From the NCBI GenBank assembly GCA_951406725.2, contig OX597815.1, positions 29,016,001 to 29,080,000 on the forward strand: 64,000 nt of DNA. Direction: 5' to 3'. This DNA is from Octopus vulgaris. Lineage: Eukaryota. A model generated the notes under the pieces. The model was given only the letters and a program-made list of their open reading frames with translations. It ran no database searches and had not been told where the DNA came from. This document shows, one piece after another, positions 27,639-42,153 of this stretch. The position numbers were made by a program, and so were the translations under genes. Positions within the stretch are counted from its first letter, which is position 1. Every line of letters begins with the position of its first letter.

Positions 27639-28400
27639 TGGCGACTCCGGCACTCGGGCTGTTCGGGCTTAGCCCGAGTATAAATTTAGTAAAGTGTATT
27701 TACAAGCTGATTTAATTTCTACCAACACTGACTTCAAGTATATAATTACAACCAATAACTCGGGCTCCTTATATTGAGCCTGGTCGCAGTTCATTTATTT
27801 TCGTTCAGCGTCTGGTAGTCGTCTTAGAGGTGCCCTGTGTCAAGAAATATCATTCGTGGCAGACGTTCTCTCGACATCGTTCACACGCGCCTGATTCGGG
27901 CTCAGAAGTTACAATCCGAGTTGTTAGCTATAATCGTAAAAATTAGAAGAAATTCAAATTAAAATTTTTTGAAACAATAAATTTCCAAAGAGATTAGGAT
28001 TTAAATTCCAATCTACGAAAAGTTTCCGTTCTACAATATTCTTAAAGGAACTGAAAATTATCCAGCAACTCGGGCTAACACGAACGAACCAGATAGGTGT
28101 AAAAGACTAACTGGCATCTCTTATCAAGAGTACAGGCGACAGTCAGATCGCAGATGTTTGTTGTGCACTCCGCTGTCGTTATTTGATTACTGTTGTTCAG
28201 TGTGTCTGGGTGTAAAGATCAGTTGTGTTTTGCAGGATTGCTTTATTTTTATCCTTAATGGAGAAAGACATAGTACTAGATATTAAAAAATAAGCCATTT
28301 TGGGCTAGAAATAAAGCGGAAAACGTGAAATTCTTCGAGCAGGCATGTGCCTTATGCGAAATCTGTGATGAACCCGATTGACGCTGATGATCTACAGTCG

Positions 28401-28402
<2 letters not shown>
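27636..28402. mobile_element. Putative hAT-like non-autonomous DNA transposon in (TA)n
   Basis: Left end CAGTGGCGACT, right end AGTCGCC (partial inverted match); repeated CTCGGGCT/AGCCCGAG subterminal motifs; TA runs on both sides. Confidence 0.5.
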
Positions 28403-28438
<36 letters not shown>

Positions 28439-29338
28439 AAGCGTATTCATATCTGTTTAGAGTTTTACTCCTAAAGCTTAAAATTTATCGTATGTTTCTA
28501 TTTCATGGGATGTCATGATCGGAGTCAGAGCTTCATCATATCTACTGCCCTCTTATAAACGTGTCGAAATCGTGTCACATTCGTACGTTTCGTTTTTAGC
28601 TCGGTTTCTATGACTGCATGCCCCTCTTATCAGCAAACCCTTTACATATTGTACTAGGTGCATGTTATCGTGGCACCGGCAGAGGAGAGGTTGCCATGTT
28701 CCCAGCAAGGCTAAAGAGCTTTCTTGACCAGATAGCTAACCCCTGTATAGGGTGTACTGACTCTATCTTATCGTAGCACCAACATAACCGTGCTTGCCTT
28801 CTGCATTAAAACTATAGGGTTTTCAATACCCTATGCTGTGTCCGTTCTCCTAATGTTATGTGACCAAGGATGTGAATAGCATTCAGTGATGACGGGAGAA
28901 ACTAAGATGTGTAGGTGAAGGGAACAGGTATATGATGGTGGAAACAGAGTAAATTTTAATCGTTGTCGCTCATTCTGCTTAGCATTAATTCCAGCTTGAC
29001 AACGTTTTTCGCGCATCAGCATATGTATTTTGGGTTTTTTTTTTAATCTTAATTTTTTTTGCTATTTACATATAAGAACATCAGTTTCGACTGGGCTATG
29101 AACGGTTAAAACGGTGTCTGTCACTGATAAAGCAAAACCACACAGAAACATGAGTCTAAAAGTCGGATTGTCTTCATTCAAAGCCCAGCTCAATGTACCT
29201 TAGCACATACAACACTTAGTCAAGAAAGAGAATATCTTCTCGGAGACAAAAACTGCAACGAACGTCGTTCGTCGTCTCAGTGTAGACCTGTAGATATGCA
29301 GACGGTTCAGATAAATATAAATGAATACACAGCTTTGT

Positions 29339-29377
<39 letters not shown>

Positions 29378-29989
29378 CATATATGTATGTCATTATTCAG
29401 CTTTATTTCAAGATTTCTTGCCACTAGAGAAAGAGCCGGTTTCTAACCTAGATTCAAGGTTCCATTGGAATTTCAACAACAGGTGTATGTATGTATGTAT
29501 GTATGTATGTATGTATGTATATTTGTAGATTTGTATGTTTTGTTTTATGTATGTCTTCTCATGCATATAGTTGCATATCTAGACATGCTCGTATATACTT
29601 AAATGATAAACTTCTGGAAAGTTTTACAGATTTTTACAGTCCCAGTGATGACTTGGATCTGTAGTCTTCGAGACAGCTTTCTCCTTTCTAGTTTTGAGAA
29701 GCCTAATTTCCCAAGATTAGCATTTAAGCAATGTCTTACATATCCCAGTTCCCCAATAATTACAGGTATAAACCTGAACTTGTAATCTGGATAGAGTAAC
29801 TAGATTTCTGAATTGTTCAGCATAGGTATTCTCTTTTTCATTGATCTTCAGAATTTTTATGTTAACATCTGCTGGGCAGCTGATTTCCGCAACTGTACAC
29901 ATGTATGCATGTATGTATGTATGTATGTATGTATGTATGTATGTATGTATGTATGTATGTATGTATGTATGTATGTATGTATGTATGTA

Positions 29990-30315
29990 CGACTCAAGAG
30001 TCATGTTCGTAGTCATAAAGCAAGACAGATGAGTGACAACCTGGCCACTGGTGGTTGTGTTACACACCATACTAATCATATCTATCAGGCATGTGGAAGA
30101 GAGTGTAATTCGGCAGGAGGACTTAAACGACATGCAAAGATACATGAAGCCCAGTTACAACTATAGCCAGCTATTGCCGGTAAAGGTTTTAGCTGCCAAT
30201 TCTGTACAAGACATTGTAGATCTTTGGCTGGGCTAAAAAGTCACATTCGATCACAGCACCAATAACAGTTAAGCTTCGTACAATGGCCATACTCGATAAC
30301 GAGGGGGTAGCCATC

Positions 30316-30316
<1 letters not shown>
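29990..30316 (+). mobile_element. RTE-like LINE 3' end with tandem C2H2 zinc fingers
   Basis: Translates LKSHVRSH; YQACGRECNSAGGLKRHAKIH; FSCQFCTRHCRSLAGLKSHIRSQH (one internal stop). Short 3'UTR with a CTCG-ATAA-CGAG stem; (ATGT)n on both sides. Confidence 0.7.
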
Positions 30317-30348
<32 letters not shown>

Positions 30349-30452
30349 TGTATGTATGTATGTATGTACGTGTGCGTGTGTGTGTTAAATAAAATGAGAC
30401 AACAAAGCCAAGGCTGTGTGGAATTTTTACGACATTTATTCAGATAAATTTA

Positions 30453-30500
30453 GTCTTACAGCTGTTTCTGGGATATTAGGGATATTCCTTCATCAGAGAC
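30453..30500 (-). ncRNA. Type I minimal hammerhead ribozyme motif
   Basis: Minus strand: GUCU-CUGAUGA-A-GGAAUA-loop-UAUCCC-A-GAAA-CAGCUG-UA-AGAC. Confidence 0.75.
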
Positions 30501-30714
30501 GATATGAGAGAGTTAACTAGAGGGAAATAGTAGAGTTCAGTATAAGGAGTGATTTTGGAAAAGTATAGATGTAGGATGTATAAAGGGAAATAAAAGAATT
30601 TTTTTTTTTACTTTTGTTCTCTTATTTCCCTTTATACTTCCTACATCTATCCTTTTCCAAAATAACTCCTTATATTGAACTCTACTATTTCCCTCTAGTT
30701 AACTCTCTCATATC

Positions 30715-30762
30715 GTCTCTGATGAAGGGATACTCCTAATATCCCAGAAACAGCTGTAAGAC
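30715..30762 (+). ncRNA. Type I minimal hammerhead ribozyme motif
   Basis: Stem I GUCU/AGAC, core CUGAUGA, stem II GGGAUA/UAUCCC, GAAA, palindromic minimal stem III ACAGCUGU, GUA cleavage triplet. Confidence 0.8.
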
Positions 30763-31324
30763 TAACTCTTTCTTTATAAATTCCACACTACCTTGGCCTT
30801 GTTGTTTTATTTCATTTAACTTATGCATGCTCACATAAGACCTGCATTAGATTCCTTACTCGTATTATTATCAAACCGAGAGTCTAACTACAGTCCTTCC
30901 GTAGCCCTTACATAGCCTTGCTTGCCATCTTGGGTCTTCTGGATACCAGTACCTCTCATATATATATATATATATATAATACGTTAGTTTTTACGTCGTA
31001 CATGATGTGTGTGGAAAATGTTTGCCTGTTTATTTCTATCTCACTCAACATTATCTACACTGGAATAATTCAAATGAAATATTTCAAAAAGGAAAATGGA
31101 ATCAAACGTAATTCTAAAATTCAGCTTGTCTGAAACCATATCGTCATTCAAATATCAGGACAAGCCCTGTGTCACGGGTTTGTATGCATATTTGTGTGTG
31201 CGCGTATGTGAATGTATGCGTGTGTAATAACGTTTAAAGACATGAAGAACCTGTGCTTAATACTACTACTACAACCACTAACACCTAACATCTCTAAGAC
31301 TACTACTAATAATAATAATTGTAC

Positions 31325-31525
31325 TAATAATTCTGGTTTCAAATTTTGGCATAAGACCAGCATGTTTAGGGGAGGAGTTAAGTCGATTACATCGACCCTA
31401 CTGCGTAACTACTACTTATTTCATCGACCCTGAAAGGATGAAAGGCAAAGTCGACGTCGGCGGAATTTCAACGATGGTCGAAATACCGCTGTGGGCGAAA
31501 TACCGCTAAGCATTTCCTCCAGCGA
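31325..31525 (-). mobile_element. SINE family B short-tail copy (internally deleted)
   Basis: AGTCGATTACATCGACCC...GAAAGGATGAAAGGCAAAGTCGAC...GAAATACCGCTAAGCATTT. Confidence 0.8.
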
Positions 31526-31527
31526 AT

Positions 31528-31842
<315 letters not shown>

Positions 31843-32067
31843 CGCAGCAAATTTAATTTTTATTCGTAGATTTGAAAGAAATCTGGATAAGCCCTTTTCT
31901 AAAAAGTCTTAACATCTGCAGCTGGTTACATCATAGAGTTGCAGCCTAAACTAATTCTTAATAATCCACTAAATGAAGACAAATGTTTCTCTAAAAATAT
32001 TTCTAAATAAAATTACAATAAAAGGAAATATAATGTGCGGGTGAGGAGGTGAGTGTATATCTGTATA

Positions 32068-32119
<52 letters not shown>

Positions 32120-32207
32120 AATTCTCAATAAATCCACTAAATGAAGACAAATGTTTCTCTAAAAATGTTTACAAAATTACAATGAAGAGAAATGTTTGAT
32201 ATATCTA

Positions 32208-32690
<483 letters not shown>

Positions 32691-33032
32691 TGTGCGTGTG
32701 TTGTACACAAATCACATATACATACATGCTGCCCATGCATGCACGTGTGCGCGTATATATGGTGGGTGTAATGTCATTAATATTCTTCGTATTTCATCGC
32801 TTTGCGGTGCATTCCAAATCTGACAAACTCCACCTCAACCCCACAACTATTTGGTAACTTGAACACTTTTTCAACCAAACAAAATTGATTTGCCAACTCG
32901 CTAAATTCATCCTGCCTTGTTGACGAGTGAACACTTGCACGAAACCTAAGGATATATGGTCGGAAAACAATGGTGTACATACATACATACATACATACAT
33001 ACATACATACATACATACATACATACATACAA

Positions 33033-33086
<54 letters not shown>

Positions 33087-33274
33087 GTGTGTGTGTGTGT
33101 GTGTCCAGTTAGAAATATAGAAGGGGTCTCTGCAATAATATTCAGGGGAAAATTGGACCACTTTTGACGAGAATACTGGACCACAGTCCAGTAACTGAAA
33201 TCAGCAAATGAACAGAAGAAAAAAGACTAAAAGAAAAACCGCAGCCACGGCTGCTGGTTAATAATATTGCTCTT

Positions 33275-33470
33275 GCAACCACATGGCAACGGGTTCAATC
33301 CCAGTGCATAGTACCTTAGGCGAGTGTCTCCTACTATAATCTCGAACTGACAATTGCCCTGTCAATGAATCTGATAGACGGAAACTGTATTGAAGCCTGT
33401 CGTATATCTCTGCGTGTCTTCTCCGCCCCTCCAAAAGCTTGACAACAGCGTTGGTTTGTTTACGATCCTC
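33275..33470 (+). mobile_element. Diverged SINE family A copy
   Basis: AACCACATGG...GGGTTCAATCCC...ACCTTAGGCGAGTGTC; shares diagnostic variants with the copy at 39238-39500. Confidence 0.7.
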
Positions 33471-35636
33471 GCTCAATCCTTCTCCCTTTCTCCCACGACA
33501 GGTCACATCGTAGACTATTACGTAAGAGAAACACTGAGATAAGAATAGACTCGCTTTATTTAGCTAACTCGGAAGGATAAAATGACTCCGGAATGATTTG
33601 AACTTAATACTAAGAAATCCAGAAAAAAAATAACCTTGTAAAGTGTTCTATACGACGCGTTAACAACTTTATCAACCCAATGTCAGCATTTATATAATTT
33701 ATGATAGATAAAACTGGTAATTGTACCATTAAACTTCATTTATTCTTTTATAAATCACTTTCGTTTTTGCTTTACTCTTTACTTCGTCAATTAGATTTCA
33801 ATTTTCGCAAATGTATTCGAGTTTTCTTAAAACAGATTTAGCTTTTTTTTCCCCTGTCTGTCACGAATCTCGAACAAATAAATTTAAATCTAGAAGTGTT
33901 TTCTGGAGGCATGTTTTATGATGAAAACAAAAGTATTTCCTTCCAACTCGTCATAATGGCCTCATCTATATCATAACTGCAATGCTTCAACTTCGTGTAT
34001 CTGGCCAATTCAGTTGATTATATGAAGTCATGCGAATCAAGCTGAAAATTGACTGTTTATAGCATTTCATTGACATCCGCGAATTATATGGCTTGGAAAA
34101 AAAAAAAGCATCTAAATTACCTCAAAACTGTAACAGCAACAAAACAGTTGGAGAGTGAAGTAAGCAAAGTATTGTATTCAAATGTAAAGTTTGATATCAA
34201 TTACTTGAGGAAAGATCATACAAAGTTTCGTCTATCAAATAGAGAATGACGTGATAGAAGAAATACATATAACTGCAACGAAAGTCTATTAATGGAGAAT
34301 ATACAACAAAGCAAACAAAAAAAGGTCCATGATGTCACGGGGACTCACGTATGCCTGCAATAAGGAAATTGCGCTTTAAAAAGAATAGATACGAACGAAA
34401 TAAGAACGGCAAGTCAAACGAAGCTTCTAGCTTTAATGAGCCATGTGTCATTTGAGACGTCGTTCCTTGCTTATCTTACAGAGAAGCAACCGGTCTACGG
34501 GTCATTAATGTTTTCAAATCTGTTGGTCAACTGAGATAATATATACGAATAGAACCTGTTCTAGTTACGATACCACTCGAACGATCGATGGGTTTGAATG
34601 TAATTGTTGCGATTGTTGTTGTTGTTGTTGTAGTTGTTTTTCTTCTCACTGATATTGCTATTGTCGTTGCTGTTTAAATGACTGCGATGGCTACGCCACC
34701 ATTTTGAGTCTAAGGAAATATAAATTACTTTTATCACGAATAAAACACTCCGTTCCACTAGTTATCAATTTCCTGCCAAATGACTACGCAATGTTGCTAT
34801 GGCTTTCTAGACATTAAATTCCACTTTAGATCATTGGTTTATCTGTAATGCAACATTGCTCTGATGAGCCGAAAAAAATATTTATTTTGAAATATTGAGT
34901 CTCTCTTAGTAAATGTATTTACTCCTACCTCAGTTCTCTTTATCTATCTACCTATCTATCTATTTATCTATCTATCTATCTGTCTGTCTATCTCCCTCTT
35001 TCTCTTTCTTTCACTAAATCTATTCATCTATCCATCTAATTTTCGACATCGATAATACGTCTATATAAATTCAAATTTCGTGATGTGGAGGAATTTCTTT
35101 TACATTCGGATGATGCCCTGCTAAGTGACTGCTTAGATATTCTATCGACCCATCAGTCATATATAAACTTCTGTCAGTTAACTTCTGAAAAGTTAAGAAA
35201 CAGTATAAGCGACCTAGAAGCAACTACATTTTCGATTACAACGACTTGCAACCAACACAGGTAGGACAATAATTTGAATATGTTCTTACGGCTCCCTTTT
35301 TTTACTGAACAGGTGTAAATTTCAGTGTCTCCTCGCCCAGTGATATAACAGTAATACTTTCAATCCACTTGAAAAATGAACCATACATCTGTTGATTTAT
35401 CAGACATCGCTTGACTTACCCAAAGATTTATCGATCTACCCAAAGATTTATTGATTTACCCAAAGATCTATTGAAGCGCCAGGGCGAACAAAATGTTACT
35501 GCAATTGTTGCTGAACTTGCTTAATCCTAAGTGAATTCTGAATAAACAGATCTATGATGAAGGGCGTTCCAACTATGACCATCCCGTCTTTTTTTTTTGT
35601 ATATAGTGCTGAATTATTCAATATTTCCTTCCTATG

Positions 35637-35815
35637 AGGCTGTGAGCTAGCAGAATCACTTCGTACGTCGTGAGAAATGCTTAGCGGCATTTCGACCGTC
35701 CTTACGTTCTAAGTTCAAATTCCGCCGGGGTCGTACCAGCTGAGCACTGGGGTCAATGTAATCGACTGAGTTCCTCCCCTGAAATTTCAGGCTCAAAATT
35801 CGAAACCAATATTTC
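35637..35815 (+). mobile_element. SINE family B short-tail copy
   Basis: GAGCTAGCAGAATC...GAAATGCTTAGCGGCATTTCG...AGTTCAAATTCCGCC. Confidence 0.8.
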
Positions 35816-36611
35816 CTTCCTTTCAAAAAACGATATAACGATTTTTATGATTTTATTGAAATTTAGTTGTTATTTCTAGTAAGTCGAGTGTCTATGTGAA
35901 GGCATCGTATTTGGTTCGTGCGAACATAAAGTCTTTTGATTTTTTGTTTTTAGCTTTTATTGTTTTGTTTTGTTTTGTTTTGTTTTTTTATTTTGTATTT
36001 GTATTTGTTTTCTGGCGTCTTTTAATCTATTAAGTGTGGGAATATGTAACTGAGGCGATTATTTTTCTACGAAAGACATTGGCAACGGAAGGGTAATGAG
36101 GTGATACCAAGTAAAATTTGAAACCAGTGCGCAGACTCGGTTCACCGAAGTTTACCGTGTGATTTCAGTGACGAGAATACTATTACACACACTCACACTC
36201 ACACACATGAGATCCTTCATAAATACATACATACATACATACAAACATACATACATACATACATACATACATACATACATACATACATACATACATACAT
36301 ACATACATACATACATACATACATACATACATACATACATACGATCACTTAGAAGAACAGAGTGAAGGGGAGACACTTAGATTAAGATTTATAGTTGAGA
36401 AAAAAAAACCGAACAGTGTGTGATAATTATGTCTATCTCTGCAATATGAACTTTGTAAGACATGTAAATCGGTTCCAAGCTGAAATTGAAACTGAAATCG
36501 AAATCACGGTCCACCTAGAATACTTTCAATTCTGTAGAATTTTACTTACAAAGACAATGAAGTACATATACTTTACTGTACCTAAAGTATAGCTAAGGGT
36601 GCACAAAAGAT

Positions 36612-36614
<3 letters not shown>

Positions 36615-36693
<79 letters not shown>

Positions 36694-36719
36694 CTCTCTC
36701 TCTCTTTCTCTCTCTCTCG

Positions 36720-36806
<87 letters not shown>
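36615..36806. repeat. (CT)n-(TA)n-(CT)n microsatellite
   Basis: Direct reading of the sequence. Confidence 0.96.
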
Positions 36807-36811
<5 letters not shown>

Positions 36812-36941
36812 CATTTCCTTGTTTAATTTCTATCATTTTGTTTTTATCTTTTTTGTCTCTCGCTAAATTTTTCCTCTCGTTGTTTTTGTTTGTTTTTTCA
36901 GTCCGTTTTTATTCATTCTCTTATCCCTGTCCTTCCTTTTC

Positions 36942-37001
<60 letters not shown>

Positions 37002-37121
37002 CCTATCTATCTATCTATCTAACTATTTCTTCTGATTCTGTCTCTAGTTTTTACACTCATTACTTCTAAATTTCATTCTCCTCTTTCCTTTAGCCTTTAT
37101 CTTCCTTTATTCTACCTCTGC

Positions 37122-37174
<53 letters not shown>

Positions 37175-37389
37175 ACAGAACTATTTCTTTAAAAGATAAG
37201 CAATACTTTATCAAAAGATTCTTGTTAGAATATTCAATAATTGATCAATCGCTAGTGAATATATCTACGATAATTCAAACAACTCATATCAGCAAATCAC
37301 AATAATCAATGTTTTATATTCAACAAATACAATATAAACAACGTTAGCAGGAATATTCCAATCTGTTTTAACAATTCAGAATTTCTTAT

Positions 37390-37605
37390 AAGGCGGCGAG
37401 CTGGCAGAATCGTTTGCGCATCGGACAGTAGCGCCTAGCAGCATTTCTTCCGGCTCTTTGCATCCCGAATTCAAATTCTACCGAGGTCGATATTACTTTT
37501 CATTCTTTCTGGGACGATAAAATTAGTATCACTTGAACATTGGGGTCGATGTAATCGACTAGCCTCTCTCTCCCTAAAATTGCCAGCCTCGTGTCAAACT
37601 TAGAA
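37390..37605 (+). mobile_element. SINE family B short-tail copy
   Basis: GGCGGCGAGCTGGCAGAATCG...GGGGTCGATGTAATCGACT. Confidence 0.8.
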
Positions 37606-37615
37606 TTATGTAATA

Positions 37616-38127
37616 CCGTAATTCCTCGAGTATAGTTCGCCCTTGAGTATAATACGCAGGGGATTTTTAGGGGGCTGTACCTCTGAAAAGCCTAAACCTT
37701 GTGTATAATACGCACCCCTTCTCTAACTTGAGTCAAGGAGGTCTATATAACGTCCTTGGTTTGTAAAAATGTATACGGTAACGTCCTTTATTAGTATCGT
37801 ACATATAACATAATGCAAACGTGTAGCTTTTTTGTGCATTTTGTTTGCAGAAAATAAAGAAATAACAGTAATAACGTTTAATAAATGTTGCTTACTGCAA
37901 GTTATGGGCGATTCTGTTATGACTTCATTGCTTTCAGGCTTAGCTTAAGGTATTTTCACGCCCGACATCACAAAATGCGTCTGAATAAACATTGCCGGAC
38001 AGCAAATAGAGACTCGGACATTGCTTAGAAAATAATTTTCATTTTTAACCTCGTATATAGTACGCACTAGGGACTTTGACCATTAAATTTTGGGGGGGAA
38101 ATGCGGATTATACTCGAGGATTTACGG
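37616..38127. mobile_element. Tc1/mariner (Tc2/pogo-like) MITE
   Basis: TIRs CCGTAATTCCTCGAGTATAGTTCGC and GCGGATTATACTCGAGGATTTACGG; TA TSD at 37614-37615 and 38128-38129. Confidence 0.88.
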
Positions 38128-38569
38128 TACCTAAACTTATGAATTCTACATCCAGATATATATTACTGTACCCATTCTGATATGCATGAGTGAACACGGT
38201 AGAATCTCACACAATATAGTGCGTGTAAAATCTTCTGTACAGTGAGGTTATCCCTGAAAATAGCAGACGAAAGCTCCTCGGGGTGCTTAAAATCTAAAAA
38301 AAATAATAAATAAACAAATTAGTAAATATGCAAAACGGTCCTTTCAGATATTTTTTCAGAGTATACACATACGCACATACGCACATGTACTATATGTATA
38401 CATACATACATATACATATATATATATATATATATATATCATGTTTTATATACATGTATCTATATTGCATATTTATTACATCACGTATATATAGATATAT
38501 ATACATATTTGTATATCTCATGTTTTATATATATATTTGTAAATATATATTACATCACATATATGTATG

Positions 38570-38638
<69 letters not shown>

Positions 38639-38819
38639 GTATATATATATGTATATCTATATATACATATGTATGTATGTACGTAAAGAGGCGGGTATGC
38701 CAGCATTCCAGTGTTCCGTTGATGTGAAATGCAATTAAGCGAAAGAAATTACCCAGTGCTCTGTCGGAGAATGGAGCATTTAAACATTTATTTAAATCGA
38801 AATCCTGCCGTACAACTCG

Positions 38820-38871
<52 letters not shown>

Positions 38872-38912
38872 AAGAAAGAAAGAAAGAAAGAAAAAAGAAG
38901 GAAAGAAAAGGA

Positions 38913-38961
<49 letters not shown>

Positions 38962-39237
38962 CGAAAGAAAGAGTGTTGGTGTGTATGTATGCATGTATGA
39001 GGCGGTGAATTGTCAGTCGTTAGAGTATCAAGTATAATGTCTTAAGGCATTTGTTCTGGCTTCCTGAGTGTAAATTCCGCAGAAGTCAACTTCGCCTTTC
39101 ATCCATTATGGTTGTATATTAAAATGCGTTCTCTCGTCAGAAGAAAACAGATCCACAAACCAAAATAAAAGAATCTGATGACGATCTATTACGCGATAAA
39201 GTATTATACATGTATTAGTATTCATATATTAGTGCTC

Positions 39238-39496
39238 TTGTACTTGTTTCAGTCATTAGACTGCGGCCATGCTGGGGCACCGCCTTGAAGAACTTTTAGT
39301 CGAATCACTCGATCCCAGTACTTATATTTTTAAGTCTGGTGGTTATTCTATTGGTCTTATATGCCGAACCGGCTTCAATACAGTTTCCGTCTATCAGATT
39401 CACTCACAGGGCAATTGTCAGTACGAGATTATAGTAGGAGACACTCGCCCAAGGTACTGTTGTCAAGAGATGGTGCGAGACAAACACAGACACAAC

Positions 39497-39500
<4 letters not shown>
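39238..39500 (-). mobile_element. Diverged, rearranged SINE family A copy
   Basis: Tail CTTGTTTCAGTCATTAGACTGCGGCCATGCTGGGGCACCGCC, with body segments out of order. Confidence 0.7.
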
Positions 39501-39560
<60 letters not shown>

Positions 39561-40018
39561 AACATTATCTATATCACGTACTTAATGTATGTGTGTTGTT
39601 AAAACGTCAGGAGCTGAGGTTTCCGTCTCGGAGCTGATACATTATCATTTTCGTTTCGGATACATTTTCTGTAACACGTACTTAATGAATGTGTGTTGTT
39701 AAAACGTCTGGAGCTGAAGTTTTTGTCTTTAAAAACGTAGAGTATTTAAAAAAAAGTATACTTGAAAGCTAGGTGAAACGAAACCGTTCTGTAAGTGAAT
39801 GAGAGTGACAGCAGTATTTCTGTGTACTTTGCTGCTTGTCAATGCCGCACACTCGCCTTACTTTCGAAACGAAATCGAAATTGCCAGTCCGAAGTATATA
39901 TTAATAGTGTAAAAAATGATTACTGATTTGCAAAGCGTTTGCATAAGTAAAATAAAATGAAATTGTGTAAGAAGCAACTCAATAATGTAAACATTATCAA
40001 TGTCACATTCTTAAATAA

Positions 40019-40433
40019 GGCGCAATAGTAACTGTGTGGTAAGTAGCTTGCTTACCAACCACATGGTTCTGGGTTCAGTCCTACTGCGTGGCACCTTGGG
40101 CAAGTGGCTTCTACTATAGCCTCGGCCCGACCAAAGCCTTGTGAGTGGATTTGGTAGAGGGAAACTGAAAGAAGCCCGTCGTATATATGTATATGTGTAT
40201 ATATGTATGTATGTGTGTGTTTGTGTGTCTGTGTTTGTCCCCCCAACATAGCTTGACAACCGATGCTGGTGTGTTTACGTCCGCGTCGCTTAGCGGTTCG
40301 GCAAAAGAGACCGATAGAATAAGTACTAGGCTTACAAAGAATAAGTCCTGGGGTCGATTTGCTCGACTAAAAGGTGGTGCTCCAGCATGGCCGCAGTCAA
40401 ATGACTGAAAGAAGTAAAAGAGTGAAAGAGTAA
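40019..40433 (+). mobile_element. SINE family A copy
   Basis: Complete head to tail. Confidence 0.9.
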
Positions 40434-40880
40434 AGCGACGAGCTGACAGAATTGTTACTGCGCCGGGCAAAATGCTTAGCGATATTTCGTCCGTCTTTAC
40501 GTTCTGAGTTCATATTTCACCGAGGTCGATTTTGCCTTTTATCCTTTCGGGGCCGATAAAATAAGGACCAATTGAAAAACTGAGGTCGATGTCTTCTACT
40601 TGTACCCTCCCCCCGAAACTGCTGGCCTTGTGCGAGAACTTGAAATCAATATCATATGCTTACATAAAGCGACGGCTGGTAGAATCGTTACCGCGCTGAG
40701 CAAAATGCTTAGCGGTATTTTGTCTGTCTTTACATTCTATATTCAAATTTCGCAGAGGTCGACTTTGATTTCTATCTTTTCGTGATCGATGTAATAAGTA
40801 CCAATTAAACACTGGGGTCGATATAATCGTCTTACACCCACCGAAATTGCTAGGGCTCGTGCCAAAATTTGGGACCAATA
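40433..40880 (+). mobile_element. Tandem pair of SINE family B short-tail copies
   Basis: Heads at ~40433 and ~40667; both tails end TGCCAAAATTTG/TGCGAGAACTTG...CAATATCATAT. Confidence 0.82.
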
Positions 40881-41174
40881 TCATATACTTGATGTATTTT
40901 GATAAGACACCAGGAACTGTGGTTTTTCATTTAGGAAAGATCCCTTTAAAGATTTAAAGACGAAAAATAAATAAATAAAACAAAAGATTTTCTTAAATTA
41001 TCAATTATGTTAAAAGAATTTTTTAAGTAGCTCTTTATTAATCTGATACATTTAAAGATATTTTTTTTTAATTAGGCTAATACTTTTTAATTTAAGAAAA
41101 TCTTAAATCTTACTTTCAAATATTATGGCTGTATTAAGAAATGTTTTAAAAAATTTTTGTAAATGTATATACAA

Positions 41175-41550
41175 GCGCAGTCGTGGCTGCGTGGAAAGAA
41201 GATTGCTTCTCAACTACATAGTTCCGTGGCACCTTGGGCAAGTTTCTTTACTATAGTCTCGGACCGACCAAAGCCTTGTGGGTGGATTTTGGAAAATAAA
41301 ACAAGCCATCGCACAGACACATACACATATATGGGGGGTATGTGTCTTTGTGTCTGTGTCCCCCACCACCGCTTGAGAACTAGTGTTGATGTGTTTACGT
41401 CCTCGTAACTTAGCGGTTCAACAAAAGAAACCTATAGAATAAGTACAAGGCTTAAAAAATAAGTACTGGGGGTCGATTCAATCGACTAAAATTCTTTAAG
41501 GCGTTGCTCCAGCATTGCCGCAGTCTGGTAACTGAAACAAGTATAAGATA
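41175..41550 (+). mobile_element. SINE family A copy (diverged)
   Basis: GTGGCACCTTGGGCAAGT, CCGACCAAAGCCTTGTG, tail GGCGTTGCTCCAGCATTGCCGCAGTC. Confidence 0.82.
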
Positions 41551-41554
41551 AATA

Positions 41555-41770
41555 ATGGTTTCAACTTTTACCTCAAGGGCAGCAATTTTGGGGGAGGGGA
41601 TGAGTCGATTACATCGACCCCATTGTTCAACTGGTACTTATTTTATCGACACCGAAAGGATGAAATGAAAATCGACCTCGGCGGAATTTGAACTCAGAAC
41701 ATGAAGACGGTCGAAATGCCGCTAGGCATGTTGCCCGGCGTTCTAACGATTCTTCCATCTCGCCGCCTTA
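41555..41770 (-). mobile_element. SINE family B short-tail copy
   Basis: Reverse complement of the family B consensus, ending CTCGCCGCCTTA on the plus strand. Confidence 0.85.
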
Positions 41771-41788
41771 ATTAAAAGATAAATAATA

Positions 41789-41960
41789 CCGTATATGCCG
41801 GCGTATAAGATACATCCTCATAAGACACATCCTTAGTTTATAAACATAATTTGTAGGGAAAATATACAATTTAGGATGTATCATCGTATACCTATTGAAA
41901 GATATTTTGAAGTGGTGTTGTAAAGGAAAATGTATACTATGCTATGATAGTATTCTTAAA
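41789..41960 (+). mobile_element. Tc2-like transposon left-end fragment
   Basis: TA followed by CCGTATATGCCGGCGTATAAGA; right TIR not found. Confidence 0.45.
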
Positions 41961-41967
41961 TAAAGTA

Positions 41968-42112
41968 CGAGTGGCTGTGTGGTAAGTAGCTTGCTTACCA
42001 ACCACATGGTTCCGGGTTCAGTCCCACTTGGCAAGTGTTTTCTACTATAGCCTCGGGCAGACCAAAGCCTTGTGAGTGGATTTGGTAGATGGAAACTGAA
42101 AAAAACCCGTCG

Positions 42113-42153
<41 letters not shown>

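Larger units (their letters stand above)
30384..30820. mobile_element. Palindromic Penelope-like pseudo-LTR element
   Basis: 30384-30598 is an imperfect reverse complement of 30618-30820; each arm contains a hammerhead motif. Confidence 0.85.

Noticed and set aside
31952-32193. ~75-bp local direct duplication; similar ones at 39575-39725 and a 20-bp x3 minisatellite at 35413-35473
   Set aside because: Consistent with ordinary local slippage; no TIR, TSD or structure.
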